Shown here: piece by piece, positions 11,401 to 20,935 of the stretch
Position numbering within the stretch: position 1 is the first letter of the stretch
Layout: the number at the start of each line of letters is the position of its first letter
The notes under the pieces: generated by a model
What the model was told of the DNA's origin: nothing
The model's input: only the letters and a program-made list of their open reading frames with translations
The model's database searches: none
Program-made: the position numbers and the translations under genes
Assembly (NCBI GenBank): GCA_963575745.1
Contig: CAUYUJ010000322.1
Location: forward strand, 1-64,000
Reading direction: 5' to 3'
Length of the DNA stretch: 64,000 bases
Source of the DNA: Prorocentrum cordatum
Taxonomy: Eukaryota

Positions 11401-14400
11401 AGCCCGATCCCCATGAGCAGCGGGCACAGTACCCGGCGGTCTTTGGCGAGCCTCTCACGGGTGCGCACGTGACGCTGCAGCCGCAGTACCGCCGCAAGCC
11501 TGCGTACCGCGAGCGCGCGGGCGGCACCGCGGCCATGCACTTTGCGGACCGCCCGGAAGAGGAGGCGCGCACCTGGGCGAGCTGCTTCGCGCGGGACGCG
11601 CGCAAGTGTATCATCCGTGGCCACCTGCACAGGTGCGGTCCCACGTGCTGGAAGCACAAGACGAACGACGATGTGCCTCAGCACTGCAAGGTGTGCCGGC
11701 TTGGCTTCTACCACGAGTACGAGACTGCGGTGTACAGCCACCCGTCCAGGAAGCGCCCGGCCGCCTCTCTCGTCTGGCGGCGCCTGCGCAAGGGGAAGGA
11801 TTTGGTGCTTCCGGAAGGTGCGAAGGTTCAGTACGCGTGCGGTCCGTTGGAGAAGGGGCAGTGGAACCCGCCTGGCGAGCGCCTGGATCTGGACGACGTT
11901 CCGGCTGAAGGCTACGGCCCGTGGCCGCACCGCTGCACCCGGTACGGCAGAGCTGGTCGCGTCGACGTGGTGCGGTACCACCCGTACCACGGGAGCACGA
12001 ACCCTGTGGGCCAGGTGTGTCTGCGGAGCAACCTGGACGTCCAGTGTCTGGACCGCGTGGTGCTCGACCTGCCCGGCGACGACAGCGTCGGGGGCGCGTC
12101 CGCGGCCGACGGCGACCCGGCCGTGCCGCCGCCTCCGGAGCCTGGTGCGTTTGCCGAGCCGGTCGGCGACGCGTCGGAGGCGCTGGTTGGGGCCGAGACT
12201 GGCGGCACCGGTTGCGACGAGGGCGCCGGGCAGAGCGGAGGTTCCGCGGGTTCAGGGGTGTCGGCCGCAACGCAGGGCGGGGGCGGAGCGGGCGAGGGGT
12301 CGGCGCGCGCGCCTGCGGCGGGGGGGGCGCGCCTGCCCGTGGGCCGCCGCCTCGGCCTGCCCAGGGGAGGAGGCTTGCTCGGCGGGGCCCCGACCACCAC
12401 GATGGACGATCCCGACGCGGGGGACATCTGGGACATGGGTGGGGGCGATGAAGATGTGTTCGATTTGGTCGATGCGTATGACCTGGGTCCGCCGCCTCCG
12501 CCGACGCCGGAACAGAGCGGCGGAAAGCAGGCAGTCGGGCCAGCAGATCCACCGGGCGAGGACACCGCGAGGTTCTGCGCGGCTTCGTGTTACGACGGCA
12601 GCCGGCCGGGGTTCGTGTTCAAAAACGGGGAGCAGGGCCTGGGCTACTACAGCGACGGGCGCGCGGAGCGCGAGCTGGCAGAATCAGCCGTCCAGACAGA
12701 GCCGAGGTCGCGGGCGCCGGGCCGCGCCGCATCGAGCGCTGCGTCTGGCGGCCCTGCATCGAGCGCGCCCGCCTCGCCCGCCGCCTCCGCGTCAGCTGCT
12801 GGCGCGAGCGGCAGCGGTCCGCCCGGCAGCCTGCGGGAGCACGTTTTGCACTCGCTGGAGGCCGTGTTCATGGACGCCATCAATATGGCGCACTACCAGA
12901 CGGACTACACGACCAAGGCGGGGCCGATCGCGGGAGACCTCGGAGTGCTGCACGCGCAGAGCACCGGGTTGGAGTGGCTCCGACTCCAGCAGAGGGCGGA
13001 GCGGGAGGCGGATGAGGCGGCGGAGGAGGAGGGCAAGGAGGACGTCGACGGGGCCCGGGCCGCTGCTGTCGCTCGTCGCAGCGGCTGGGGCGGAGTGCTC
13101 GACTCTGCCAGGCGAACTCTCATCAAGCTCACGACCAGCTCGCACCGGGCGCTCCTGAAGAAGTTGCCCGAGATGATGTTTCAGATGCAGTATGGCCACG
13201 AGTGCTACTGCTCCCATGACACCTGGACTCTGTATTGCAAGGGGATCGTGGCGCTGGCGTACCAGGCCAGCTCCGCGGTTCACAAGCAAAAGGACGACTT
13301 CTGGACCGACCCCCGCGCAGAGGATATCGAGGTGGACCAGCCGGCCGCGGGAGAAGAGGACGGCGAGGGAGGGGGCGGTATCATGGATGCGCTGGACGAG
13401 GGACGCGCAACGCTTCGCGCCGAGGTCGTCAACGGCGTCGTCGGGGAGGGCGCGGCTGCCGGTGCTGCTGGGGGGGGGCGCCCCGAGCAGGAGCAGCAGC
13501 AGGCTGTCGAATACCGGGCGCGGCAGGAGCACGACATGAAGATGGACTGGTTGCATCGCGGCGACAGGGAGCCCCTGAAGTCCATGGGCATGTACCATTA
13601 CGCCATGTACGTGTACACAGCGCAGGCCAACCCGCTCCACTTCGACGCGCAGGACTTCGAGACGTACGCGTTCGCCGACTCGCACCCGGCCGCCGCCTCC
13701 CGAGTGCAGAAGCTCCGCGTCGGCGCGCCGTTCAGGGTGCCCAAGTTCTTCGGCTTCGCGATGCCTTCGAAGGAGAAAGACAAAGAGGTGAACGCGCTGT
13801 TCAAGTCTGTGATCTTTCGTCCGTTGCAGCCGGCTGAGAAGGGGGCTGCGGCCTGGGCGCCCTACAGGGCCGGCGTCGACGCGTCCGGGAAGCATCAGCC
13901 TGCCTGGGAGGAGTGGTGGGCGAAGCAGGTGGCGTTGTCCAGGCAGTATGAGGAGTGCGAGCGGCGAGCTGGAAAGTGGTTCACGATCGAGGACATCGAT
14001 CTGGACCGGGGCTCCGAGGAGGGCCCGGGCCACTTTGCACAGCGCCCCAGCGCCGCCGAGTTCATGGCGCGCTGCACCGTCCAGGTCGCGACGAACCTCG
14101 ACGTGGAGGCGGAGGCGAAAGGGCGGCCGCGAACGAAGGTCCGTCCGGAGGCCAAGGACTTTGTGTATTCTGAGCTGGAGCCAGCGGAGAATCGGCCTGC
14201 CGGGGAGGCGGACGAGGAGGAGGGGGCGGGCGCCGGTGGCGGAGCCTTCGACGGTTTTGCTGAGGAGGTGGACGAGGGGGAGGCGGACGAAGCGTGGGCG
14301 GCGCACCGACAGATGGCCAGGGTCCCCGTGCCGGATAGCGAGGTGCCCGCGGTGGCCCAGTTGGAGCAAATTCGTGGGTCGTCACAAAGCTTGGTCTATA

Positions 14401-15740
14401 AGAACATCTTCCTTGAGGGTTATGCGAAAGACCATAAGCCGCAGCCTGCTGCCGCGAGTACTGGAAGGAAGACCGGCTTCGGTGGTCTCGACTTGGACGA
14501 CTCTCAGTTCGAGGAAGGCAAAGCACAGCAGAAGGAGGCGTTCCGATACAGGAAAAAGGGAGCTGAGGGCTTGTCTGGGGATGGCGACGGGGGGGGTGGC
14601 CTCGTGGGTTCGGCGCCTGCCGTGATCGTGCCTGGTCGGCCGCCGGCGCCCGCGGTTGCCGGCGACGAGAAGCGGCCGCCGCGGGCGCGCGACATCGCGC
14701 AGAGGCTGTTGGACGAGTGGGCGACCAGGGCGGACAACCCGTTGACGTTCAATAAGGAGCAGAAGGCGGTGGTCGCCCTGGTCGTGGGCCAGGTGGAGGC
14801 CATCGTGGCATACGAGGAAGATCTGAGCAGCGGGAAAAGCCCGAAGCCGGTGGAGCAGATGGCTCTCCTGTTGCACGGGGAGGGCGGGACGGGGAAGACG
14901 GAGGTGGTGAAACTGCTGCGGCGTCTGTTCGCCGAGGTGTTCGGCAAGGGATCGGAGATCGCCGTGGCCTCGTCGAACAGCGCTGCGCGCGTCATCGGGG
15001 GGGAGACGATCCACAGCGGCTTCGGGCTGAGCGGGCAGCAGGCCTTGACCATCGCTAGGCTCTCCGGGCAGAAAGTCGAGGATGATTTCGTGGACCGCAT
15101 GAACGCTCTCAAGGCCGTCATCGTGGAGGAGGTGTCCATGGTGCCGCCTGCGCTTCTCGGCGCTGCATCGTTTCGCATGTGCAAAGCCCGGAAGGCGACG
15201 CACAATTGCGACGTGGACCTGTACATGGAGCGGGGACACATGTTCGGGAAGGCTCCGATTGTCATGTTCCTGGGTGACTTTTATCAGCTGGGCCCTGTGA
15301 GCGGCAAAGGCAAGAGGTCTTCCCTGCTGCAGCGTGAGGCACCCGACCAGTGGGTTCACGTCCGCAATGGGCAGTCGATATTCTTGGACGGCGTGACCCA
15401 CGCGATGTTTCTGTACGAGACGCACCGCTTCAAGGACAGGCTCGTTACTCCGCACGCGCCCTGCCCTTTCATGCCGGGGTTCTTGAAGACCATGAGGGAG
15501 GGCAAGAAGTTCACGGCCGAGCAGAAAAGGGTGGTGCAAGGGTGGGTGGTCCGACCCGGTAAGAACGACAAGCGGCTGCAGGACCCCGCTGTCAAAGACG
15601 GGTTCGAGATGGGCATCGCCTGGGAGGCCGTGCACAGGCAGATGCAGTATCGGGCCGTGCGAGAGGCCAGGGAGAAGGGGCAGATGCTGCTGTACGTACA
15701 GGCCGTGGACCTGCCTCCAGCCCCTTGGGGCCTTCGGTGA
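8436..15740 (+). CDS. RepHel polyprotein, central part: HUH (Y2) Rep endonuclease and PIF1-family SF1B helicase motifs I-IV
   Basis: PPCALANDLWIG and AFPYGDG pre-Rep motifs. Rep motifs FTTPN (~10545), VESQGRGGIHPHIHLW (~10851), HLHRCGPTCWK and YQTDYTTK (~12894). Walker A GEGGTGKT (14877), VEEVSMV and GDFYQLGPV. Confidence 0.9.
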   Translation: MEAAGAQAQAMRLTQRQRAHALLDPARYYARWRFVREGPDGAEHPGGIPLEELEASAVRDPGPDGKLWLLHKKCFKIDKRESDGVLVADATQKVPICAGCHGALTKSLPTMPPCALANDLWIGRLPPPLRNLTLGAKLLLPIARGIVRRFNCKTDSGEWAPIDQQIKAYVGNFVAFPQADGGRQVLSLPPRESDLVEFVQIVFAGSDPATLQKARLEELGVPLDDFKRAYEYLRDTNEQYAAVRWDEEAARNFADPEGDGDGDGSSLLGLPRCLAACVAVGGKGGDARQEGPADAVQPGVGSAPPKRTSAGAASAEGDANAAADGGGEAEGEAGASCEDATGAGGEDAEGDEGEAGEGEGGQGVEEGEYCAAVADADIMADLDKQWANVHLSLQKAEEIAREKQRWEALTREVKGMENFQDRDLDRRLAEAAEEARKAAKLLTNCKKEALTKKLEQTEQKIQATRPPPGVAGKRAAGGGGGGGAPAGGAEAGGARRAVRVVVPTGTEPVSMFSPGFWSAFDPVAFPYGDGVFGLERDAKLTYDEWCRCLMAREELEYVVPDDVSAPDAARAPAPDAAKAFAASESPVPRWRRHADLLTAQYCLWRRKAIIQSARLFVRKHRLGESIADLAALSPEDLALVVAELGRGAGLKQALGHEGVPRNVKSALRSMLLSNRDVVGSDAHRTTLRHISTSYTRLFGPPLVFTTPNIADTRNLMVSLMYEGASVQQWRLLEETAPVMPSTREMLRRVAADPVSQAMVTNLMLELFLEHVVGVTPQRGATGVSDGVAATGACGAFGLVRAYFGPVESQGRGGIHPHIHLWRLHPMTGSFLAKLRSGDVEGLEERLRKWREAVLARVGSVQFDAAEEVGRQLGLDGRDGREWLPPLPLAPRDRRLAFADGKLEESDLSLQYHTIAGASRRQLGKLLKPEYDAGRRSVRDDKKLSTEELRNEVAAMMKIDLAEERAMLQEQPAIEGPRRQRPFAPLADPEPDPHEQRAQYPAVFGEPLTGAHVTLQPQYRRKPAYRERAGGTAAMHFADRPEEEARTWASCFARDARKCIIRGHLHRCGPTCWKHKTNDDVPQHCKVCRLGFYHEYETAVYSHPSRKRPAASLVWRRLRKGKDLVLPEGAKVQYACGPLEKGQWNPPGERLDLDDVPAEGYGPWPHRCTRYGRAGRVDVVRYHPYHGSTNPVGQVCLRSNLDVQCLDRVVLDLPGDDSVGGASAADGDPAVPPPPEPGAFAEPVGDASEALVGAETGGTGCDEGAGQSGGSAGSGVSAATQGGGGAGEGSARAPAAGGARLPVGRRLGLPRGGGLLGGAPTTTMDDPDAGDIWDMGGGDEDVFDLVDAYDLGPPPPPTPEQSGGKQAVGPADPPGEDTARFCAASCYDGSRPGFVFKNGEQGLGYYSDGRAERELAESAVQTEPRSRAPGRAASSAASGGPASSAPASPAASASAAGASGSGPPGSLREHVLHSLEAVFMDAINMAHYQTDYTTKAGPIAGDLGVLHAQSTGLEWLRLQQRAEREADEAAEEEGKEDVDGARAAAVARRSGWGGVLDSARRTLIKLTTSSHRALLKKLPEMMFQMQYGHECYCSHDTWTLYCKGIVALAYQASSAVHKQKDDFWTDPRAEDIEVDQPAAGEEDGEGGGGIMDALDEGRATLRAEVVNGVVGEGAAAGAAGGGRPEQEQQQAVEYRARQEHDMKMDWLHRGDREPLKSMGMYHYAMYVYTAQANPLHFDAQDFETYAFADSHPAAASRVQKLRVGAPFRVPKFFGFAMPSKEKDKEVNALFKSVIFRPLQPAEKGAAAWAPYRAGVDASGKHQPAWEEWWAKQVALSRQYEECERRAGKWFTIEDIDLDRGSEEGPGHFAQRPSAAEFMARCTVQVATNLDVEAEAKGRPRTKVRPEAKDFVYSELEPAENRPAGEADEEEGAGAGGGAFDGFAEEVDEGEADEAWAAHRQMARVPVPDSEVPAVAQLEQIRGSSQSLVYKNIFLEGYAKDHKPQPAAASTGRKTGFGGLDLDDSQFEEGKAQQKEAFRYRKKGAEGLSGDGDGGGGLVGSAPAVIVPGRPPAPAVAGDEKRPPRARDIAQRLLDEWATRADNPLTFNKEQKAVVALVVGQVEAIVAYEEDLSSGKSPKPVEQMALLLHGEGGTGKTEVVKLLRRLFAEVFGKGSEIAVASSNSAARVIGGETIHSGFGLSGQQALTIARLSGQKVEDDFVDRMNALKAVIVEEVSMVPPALLGAASFRMCKARKATHNCDVDLYMERGHMFGKAPIVMFLGDFYQLGPVSGKGKRSSLLQREAPDQWVHVRNGQSIFLDGVTHAMFLYETHRFKDRLVTPHAPCPFMPGFLKTMREGKKFTAEQKRVVQGWVVRPGKNDKRLQDPAVKDGFEMGIAWEAVHRQMQYRAVREAREKGQMLLYVQAVDLPPAPWGLR

Positions 15741-15756
15741 GGAGCATTACAAGGCC

Positions 15757-18700
15757 ATGCTGCAGGTGCCGAACGTGAACAACACTGGTCACCTCATCGG
15801 CATGTGCCCGCTGTACATCGGCATGCGTGTGCGGCTGACCGTGAAGTTGTCGGCGAAGCACCAGATCGTCCAGGACGCCGTGGGGGAAGTCAAGGACGTG
15901 AGGTTCCACCCGCGAGAGTTCGAGACGCCGGGCGCGGATTGGCGCGAAAAGAAGACTCACGACGCCCACCGGCTCGGTTATTATCGATGCAAGCGTTTGC
16001 CTCGCGGTGTCCTCGTCAAGTTTGATGACTTCACGGAGGACCTAGGGTTCGGAGAAGGGGTCGTGCAGATCGCCCCGCACAGGGCGTCCTGGGAGTGGAA
16101 CCATCACTACTACGAAGACGATGGCGAGCGAAAGCTTCGGAAGGTGAAGGTTACGAGGTACCAGATCCCGTTGCTGCCAGAGAAAGTTCGCACCGTGCAG
16201 ACGGCGCAGGGCTTGGGCATGGATGCGGCCACCATGGTGCTCCAGAAGCCCATGAACATGGGCGCCGATGACTGGTGGCTGCACCTGTACGTCATGCTCA
16301 GTCGCGTTCGCGTGGCCCATCGCGTCCTCGTCTACAACCTGCCGCCCTGGGACATCCTGCAGCGGGGCCCGCCCCAGTACGTCCGCGAGGGGGTCCAACG
16401 CTTCGAAGGCAGGATTTTCAAAGCGAGTTACGAAATCGCCAAGCAGAGGGCGCAGGAGTACGGCTGGGACGTGGGGGATGGGCCCGCGGGACGGGGCAAC
16501 CCGGAGTCGAGCTCGGCGCCCGCGCCGCCGACGGTGCCTCGGGCGTCGCCGCCAGGCCCGCCTCGCGCCGTGGGGAGCTCAGCGGGCGTCGGTGACGAGG
16601 TGGGCGACGACGACGACGACGCCACTGGATCAGCGCCTTCGGACGGGGAGGTGGCCCCTGCGGCGTCTGTGCAGACGCCTCTGCCCTCGCACGCGCTGCG
16701 CCCGGGCCAGGCTCTGACGGTGCCACCGGCATACATTGCGCCCGACGCAGGGCCTGCGGGGCGGGGCAGGGGCCGCGGCCGCGGCGGCGACGCGACGGCG
16801 ACCGCAGATGCGGCGGCGGCACCGTCCACTGGGAGCGCTGCTTCGCGGGGGCGTGGGCGCGGGGGTGCCGGCCGCGGCGCCGGTAGGGGCACCGTCGTGC
16901 CGAGGGATCTTTGGGGGGAAATGTTTCGCACGGCGGCGACTGTTGGCGATGGTGCAGAGCCGCCAGAGCTGCGCCCGCTGGACCGGGATCTGTGCATGGC
17001 AGCTTACGGCGTGTCCCAGGAGGAGGTCACCAGGGAGCTGCAGTGGCACTGCGGCCGCGGCTCTGGCGTGGGCATCGCAAACCTCGGCAATACTTGCTTC
17101 GTGAGCTCAGTCGCGCAGGTGCTGCTGCGCCTGGCTCCCTTCCGTCGGCTTCTCCACGAGCACGGCCGGTGCCCTCTGGGTGCAGACTCTTGCGCGGCGT
17201 GCGCGCTCGGAGCTCAGGCCGCGGCTCTCTCTGTCCAGGGGGTCGACGCCGTCGCGCCACTCGCTATAGCCGCGCGCAAGGGGCTTTTTGGTGAGCGAGA
17301 ATTTGCAGAATTCGATCAGCAAGGGAGACCGAAGCAATGCGACGCGTCAGAGTTCTTCCTGGCGGCCCTCCATGCCGTTACCGCGGCCGAACACCCCGTT
17401 TGCACCGCAGGGGGGGCTCACGGGCAGCGCAGTGTGCTCCAGCAGCACATCTGCGGCATTGCGTTTCGGCAGCGGAGGCGATGCGCCGCGTGCACAGCAA
17501 GTTCGGACAAGGGGGAAATTAAGACGTTTCTCAAGGTGGTGCCTTCCGAATTGCTCGGCCCCGACTACCGGGGGCCGTGCGATCTGGAGGAGTTGATCCG
17601 GCTGGAATTAAGGCATGTCGGTGAGCCAGGGCAAGGATGTCCGGCGCACGCTCACCTCGATGATGCTCAGAGGGCGGCGGCCGGGGTCTGTCAAGGCATC
17701 AGGGTATATACAGGCAATCGCTGGGAGCGGTCGCCGCCCGTGCTCTTCGTGATCGTGCAGCGGGTGATAGGCGAGTGGTACGACAGACGCCCTGTGCGCT
17801 TTCCTCAGATTCTGCGGCCTGTGGATTCCGAGTGCGAGTACGATTTCTCGGGGGTCGTGGTGCACCAGGGCGAAAGCGCGACGAGCGGACACTACTATGC
17901 GTATGCATCCGTGGGCGTGAACGAATACGCCAAATTTGACGACAGTACTGTCCACCTCCAGACTTGGGCGCAGATCGCCAGAAACCACCAGGTGCACATG
18001 GGCGCGTATGTGTTTGCGTATGTGCGCAGGGCGGGTCCGCGGGGCGGAGGCGGCGGGCGCGCGGCGGCGGGGTCTGCGGGGGGCGCCGGCGGCAGCGCTG
18101 GTGCGGGACCGTCTGGTGCGCCGCCGGCTCCGCCGACTGCGCCTCTCGGGCATGCAGGCGGGCGCGCGGCGGGGTCTGCGGGGAGCGGCGATGGCGGCGG
18201 CGGCGCTGCTTCCAGCACGTCTGCCGCGCCGTCTGCGCCGCCGAGTGCGCCCGCCGGGCAGCAGGCGTCGGGTGGCGAGCCACCGGGCAAGCGGCGTCGG
18301 GCGGGTGGCGGGGATCCTGGCGCTGGCGACGGGGACCCCGGCGCTTCGGGGCAGCCGCAGCCGCCGTCGCGCAGGGGCAAGAAGCGCGGGCTGTCCCCGC
18401 CTGCTCTGGGCAGCACGGGCAAAGAGGACGACGACGCTGGCAGGGCCTCGGGCGTCCCGCCCGCGGACCCGGCTCCTGCCGCGGTCGAGCCAGGCGTGGG
18501 GGCGCCACCTGCCGACCGCGAGTGGCATCGCTTTACGCCGAAGACGATCGATGAAAGGAAATGTTTGGCTCGTACTTGGGGGGATGGAGTGGGCGCGCAG
18601 TGCCGCAGTTTCCCCGCGGAGGGATGCGGCGTGTTCTGCAAGAGGCACTTCGGCCAGCAAGGGGCAAAGGGGTGGCATGGGCGCGTGGACGGGGCAATCC

Positions 18701-19197
18701 CGGAGGCAAAGTTGAAGGAGTTCCAGGAGCGAGCGGCGCGCAGTGCGTCGGGCGCGGTTTCTGCGCCGGTGGTTCCAGCGGCGGGGACCCTGCCCGAGGC
18801 TTCGCCCGCGGCTGCGCCTCCAGAGGTGTTCGCCCAGGGCGGCTTCGAGGGTGCGCGAGAGGCCGCCGCGTCCGAGGGTGCTGGGGATGCTGGCGCGCAC
18901 TGTGGGGCTTCGGCCCCGTCAGTGGGCGGTGGAGGCGGGGCGACGACGAGGATTGTGGCTGGCGTTGTCGTTCGTGTGGGCGCCGGCGCTGGCACGGCGT
19001 CCACCGAACCGCCGCGCCCTCAAGCGCGCCCGCGCATCGCCACAATCGGGATTCCGGACGTGGAGGCCCACGAGAAGGAGCAGCAGGCGAGGGAGGCGGA
19101 GACCGCGCGCAGGCGACGCGAAGAGGGCGAACGGGGCCGCCTGACAGACAGGACAGGCGTAGACCTACCCCGCTCTGATCCACACAGGTTGGGATGA
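15757..19197 (+). CDS. RepHel polyprotein, C-terminal part: PIF1 C-terminus plus ubiquitin-specific protease (C19/USP) domain and Cys/His finger
   Basis: LYIGMRVRLT, VRTVQTAQGLGM and LYVMLSRVR (PIF1). GIANLGNTCF (17071), QCDASEFF, VVVHQGESATSGHYYAY and FDDSTV (USP). CLARTW..QC..FCKRH. Confidence 0.85.
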   Translation: MLQVPNVNNTGHLIGMCPLYIGMRVRLTVKLSAKHQIVQDAVGEVKDVRFHPREFETPGADWREKKTHDAHRLGYYRCKRLPRGVLVKFDDFTEDLGFGEGVVQIAPHRASWEWNHHYYEDDGERKLRKVKVTRYQIPLLPEKVRTVQTAQGLGMDAATMVLQKPMNMGADDWWLHLYVMLSRVRVAHRVLVYNLPPWDILQRGPPQYVREGVQRFEGRIFKASYEIAKQRAQEYGWDVGDGPAGRGNPESSSAPAPPTVPRASPPGPPRAVGSSAGVGDEVGDDDDDATGSAPSDGEVAPAASVQTPLPSHALRPGQALTVPPAYIAPDAGPAGRGRGRGRGGDATATADAAAAPSTGSAASRGRGRGGAGRGAGRGTVVPRDLWGEMFRTAATVGDGAEPPELRPLDRDLCMAAYGVSQEEVTRELQWHCGRGSGVGIANLGNTCFVSSVAQVLLRLAPFRRLLHEHGRCPLGADSCAACALGAQAAALSVQGVDAVAPLAIAARKGLFGEREFAEFDQQGRPKQCDASEFFLAALHAVTAAEHPVCTAGGAHGQRSVLQQHICGIAFRQRRRCAACTASSDKGEIKTFLKVVPSELLGPDYRGPCDLEELIRLELRHVGEPGQGCPAHAHLDDAQRAAAGVCQGIRVYTGNRWERSPPVLFVIVQRVIGEWYDRRPVRFPQILRPVDSECEYDFSGVVVHQGESATSGHYYAYASVGVNEYAKFDDSTVHLQTWAQIARNHQVHMGAYVFAYVRRAGPRGGGGGRAAAGSAGGAGGSAGAGPSGAPPAPPTAPLGHAGGRAAGSAGSGDGGGGAASSTSAAPSAPPSAPAGQQASGGEPPGKRRRAGGGDPGAGDGDPGASGQPQPPSRRGKKRGLSPPALGSTGKEDDDAGRASGVPPADPAPAAVEPGVGAPPADREWHRFTPKTIDERKCLARTWGDGVGAQCRSFPAEGCGVFCKRHFGQQGAKGWHGRVDGAIPEAKLKEFQERAARSASGAVSAPVVPAAGTLPEASPAAAPPEVFAQGGFEGAREAAASEGAGDAGAHCGASAPSVGGGGGATTRIVAGVVVRVGAGAGTASTEPPRPQARPRIATIGIPDVEAHEKEQQAREAETARRRREEGERGRLTDRTGVDLPRSDPHRLG

Positions 19198-19239
19198 GAT
19201 CGCCCCTCCATGGCCGCTTGCCAGGGCGTCCCTCATTGA

Positions 19240-20878
19240 GTGTGCGGGCGTGCGTTTGTGTATTTGTGTGTGTGCGTGTATGTGTGTCTGTGTGTCTTAG
19301 TGTGCGCGTGTATGTCCGCGTGCGCATTTGAGACCCGCGCTCGCGCCTGCGACGCGGCGCGCTTCCTGAGGAAACGTGCATCCTTGTGTGTGCGTGTGTG
19401 TGTGTGTGTCCGTGTGCGCGCACGGCGCTGCCACCCCCGCCGCTCCCTTCCCCCTTCTCCCCCCCCCTCTCCCCGGCGCTCCGCGAGGGCGGAGTGGCTG
19501 GAGTGGAGGGAGGGCCGGCCCCAACATGGGGCGGTGCCTCCCCCCTCCGGAGCGCCGGCGGGGAGGGCGGGGGCGCTTGGGGGCGGCTGGGGGGCGCGGG
19601 GGTAGAGTGCGCTGCTTAGTCGGGGAATGGGTCTGTCACCGCGTTGTCGTCTGTGCGTGGTTAGCCGCGGGTGTTCGCGATTGCGTCTGTGTGTGCGCTG
19701 TGTGTGTGTGTGTGTTTGTGGTGGTGGTGGTGGGGGGGGCTCGCGCGTGTCTCGTATGTGTGTGTGTGTTTGTGTGTGCGCGATCTTGTGTGCGTGTGCG
19801 CGTGCGTGTCTGGGTGCTCGCGCGTGTGTGTGAGTGAGTGTGTAAGCGTTTGCGTGTGTTTATGTCTGTGTGTCTGTGTGGCTGCATGTCCTCAAGCTCC
19901 TCAAGCTGTGTGTCAGATTTGTGGCTGCATGTGTCTGTGTGTCTGTCAGGCTGCATGTGTGGCTGCATGTGTCTGTGTGTCTGTGTGGGTTCTTGTGTAT
20001 GTATGTGTGTTTGCGTGTGCGCGTTTGCGCGTGTGTGTGGACCTTTGCGTGTGTGTGTGTGTGTGCGTGTGTGTGCATGTGCGTATGTGCGCATGTGTGT
20101 GGAGCATGCTGGCGTACGTGTGTGCTCTTGTGTGCTAGTCTGTGTGTGTGTGTGCGTGTGCTTGCTTGTGTGATATCCTCTTTGCCATCCTGTTCGTTGT
20201 TCGTCTGCGCATGTGTGTGTGCGCGTGCGTGCGCGCGGTGCTACCGCCGTCCGCGCGCCCCCCCCCTCCCCCCTCCCCCCCCTCTGGCGCTCCGCGAGGG
20301 CGGAGTGGTTGGAGCGGAGGGAGGGCCGGCCCCAAAATGGGGCGGTGCCTCCCCCCTCCGGAGCGCCGGCGGGGAGGGCGGGGGCGCGTGGGGGCGGCAG
20401 GGGAGCGCGGGGGGGGGGGGCCGAGGTGGCTGCGGTGCGTGCGTCATCGTGTGGTCGTCAGTGCGTAGGTTTCCATGGATGCTTGCGCGTGCGTCTGTGT
20501 GCGTGGGTTGTGCGTGCGCGAGTGTGTGTGTGTGTGTGTGTGCGTGTGTGCGTGTGGGTGTTTGTGTGTGCCCCCGTGTGTCTATGTGCTTGTGTGATCC
20601 GTGTGCGTGTGCGCGTCCCTGTGTGTATGTGAGATGTGCTGTGTGTTCGTGTGTGCGCGTTTGCGCGTGTGTGTCGCCCTTTGCGCGTGGATGTGTTGCG
20701 TGTGCGTGTGTGTGTGAGTGTGTGCGTGTGTGTGTGTGTTTGTGTGTGTGTGCGTGTGTGTGTGTGTGGAACATGCTGGCGTATGTGTGCGTTCTTGTGT
20801 ATGTATATGTATTTGTATGTGTGTGTGTGTTCGTGTGTGCGTGCTTATGTGCGTGTGCTCGTTTGTGTCAGTGCCTCT
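19240..20878 (+). repeat. Degenerate (GT)n-rich tract with two copies of a GC-rich ~180-bp unit
   Basis: Visible TG/GTGC microsatellite. Duplicated unit at ~19424-19600 and ~20237-20420. Confidence 0.9.
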
Positions 20879-20935
20879 TTGCTATCCGGGTTTTGGACGC
20901 TACCAAGTGGACGCTTACAAGTTGGACGCTTACAA

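Larger units (their letters stand above)
1134..20907 (+). mobile_element. Giant Helitron-like (Helentron/Helitron2-type) rolling-circle transposon; 5' terminus probably outside the window
   Basis: Encodes HUH Rep plus PIF1 helicase. Ends in GCTATCCGGG-TTTTGGACGCTACCAAG (20881-20907), the same 3' terminus as the short C-family elements. Confidence 0.8.

Noticed and set aside
4291..15635. Long antisense and alternative-frame ORFs (e.g. 4291-8334 minus, 1347 aa)
   Set aside because: Shadow ORFs of very GC-rich coding sequence. All recognisable motifs are on the plus frames.
8436..19197. Host PIF1 or USP gene, or giant-virus insertion
   Set aside because: Fused to an HUH Rep, intronless, with a transposon-type terminus. 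No viral hallmark genes.
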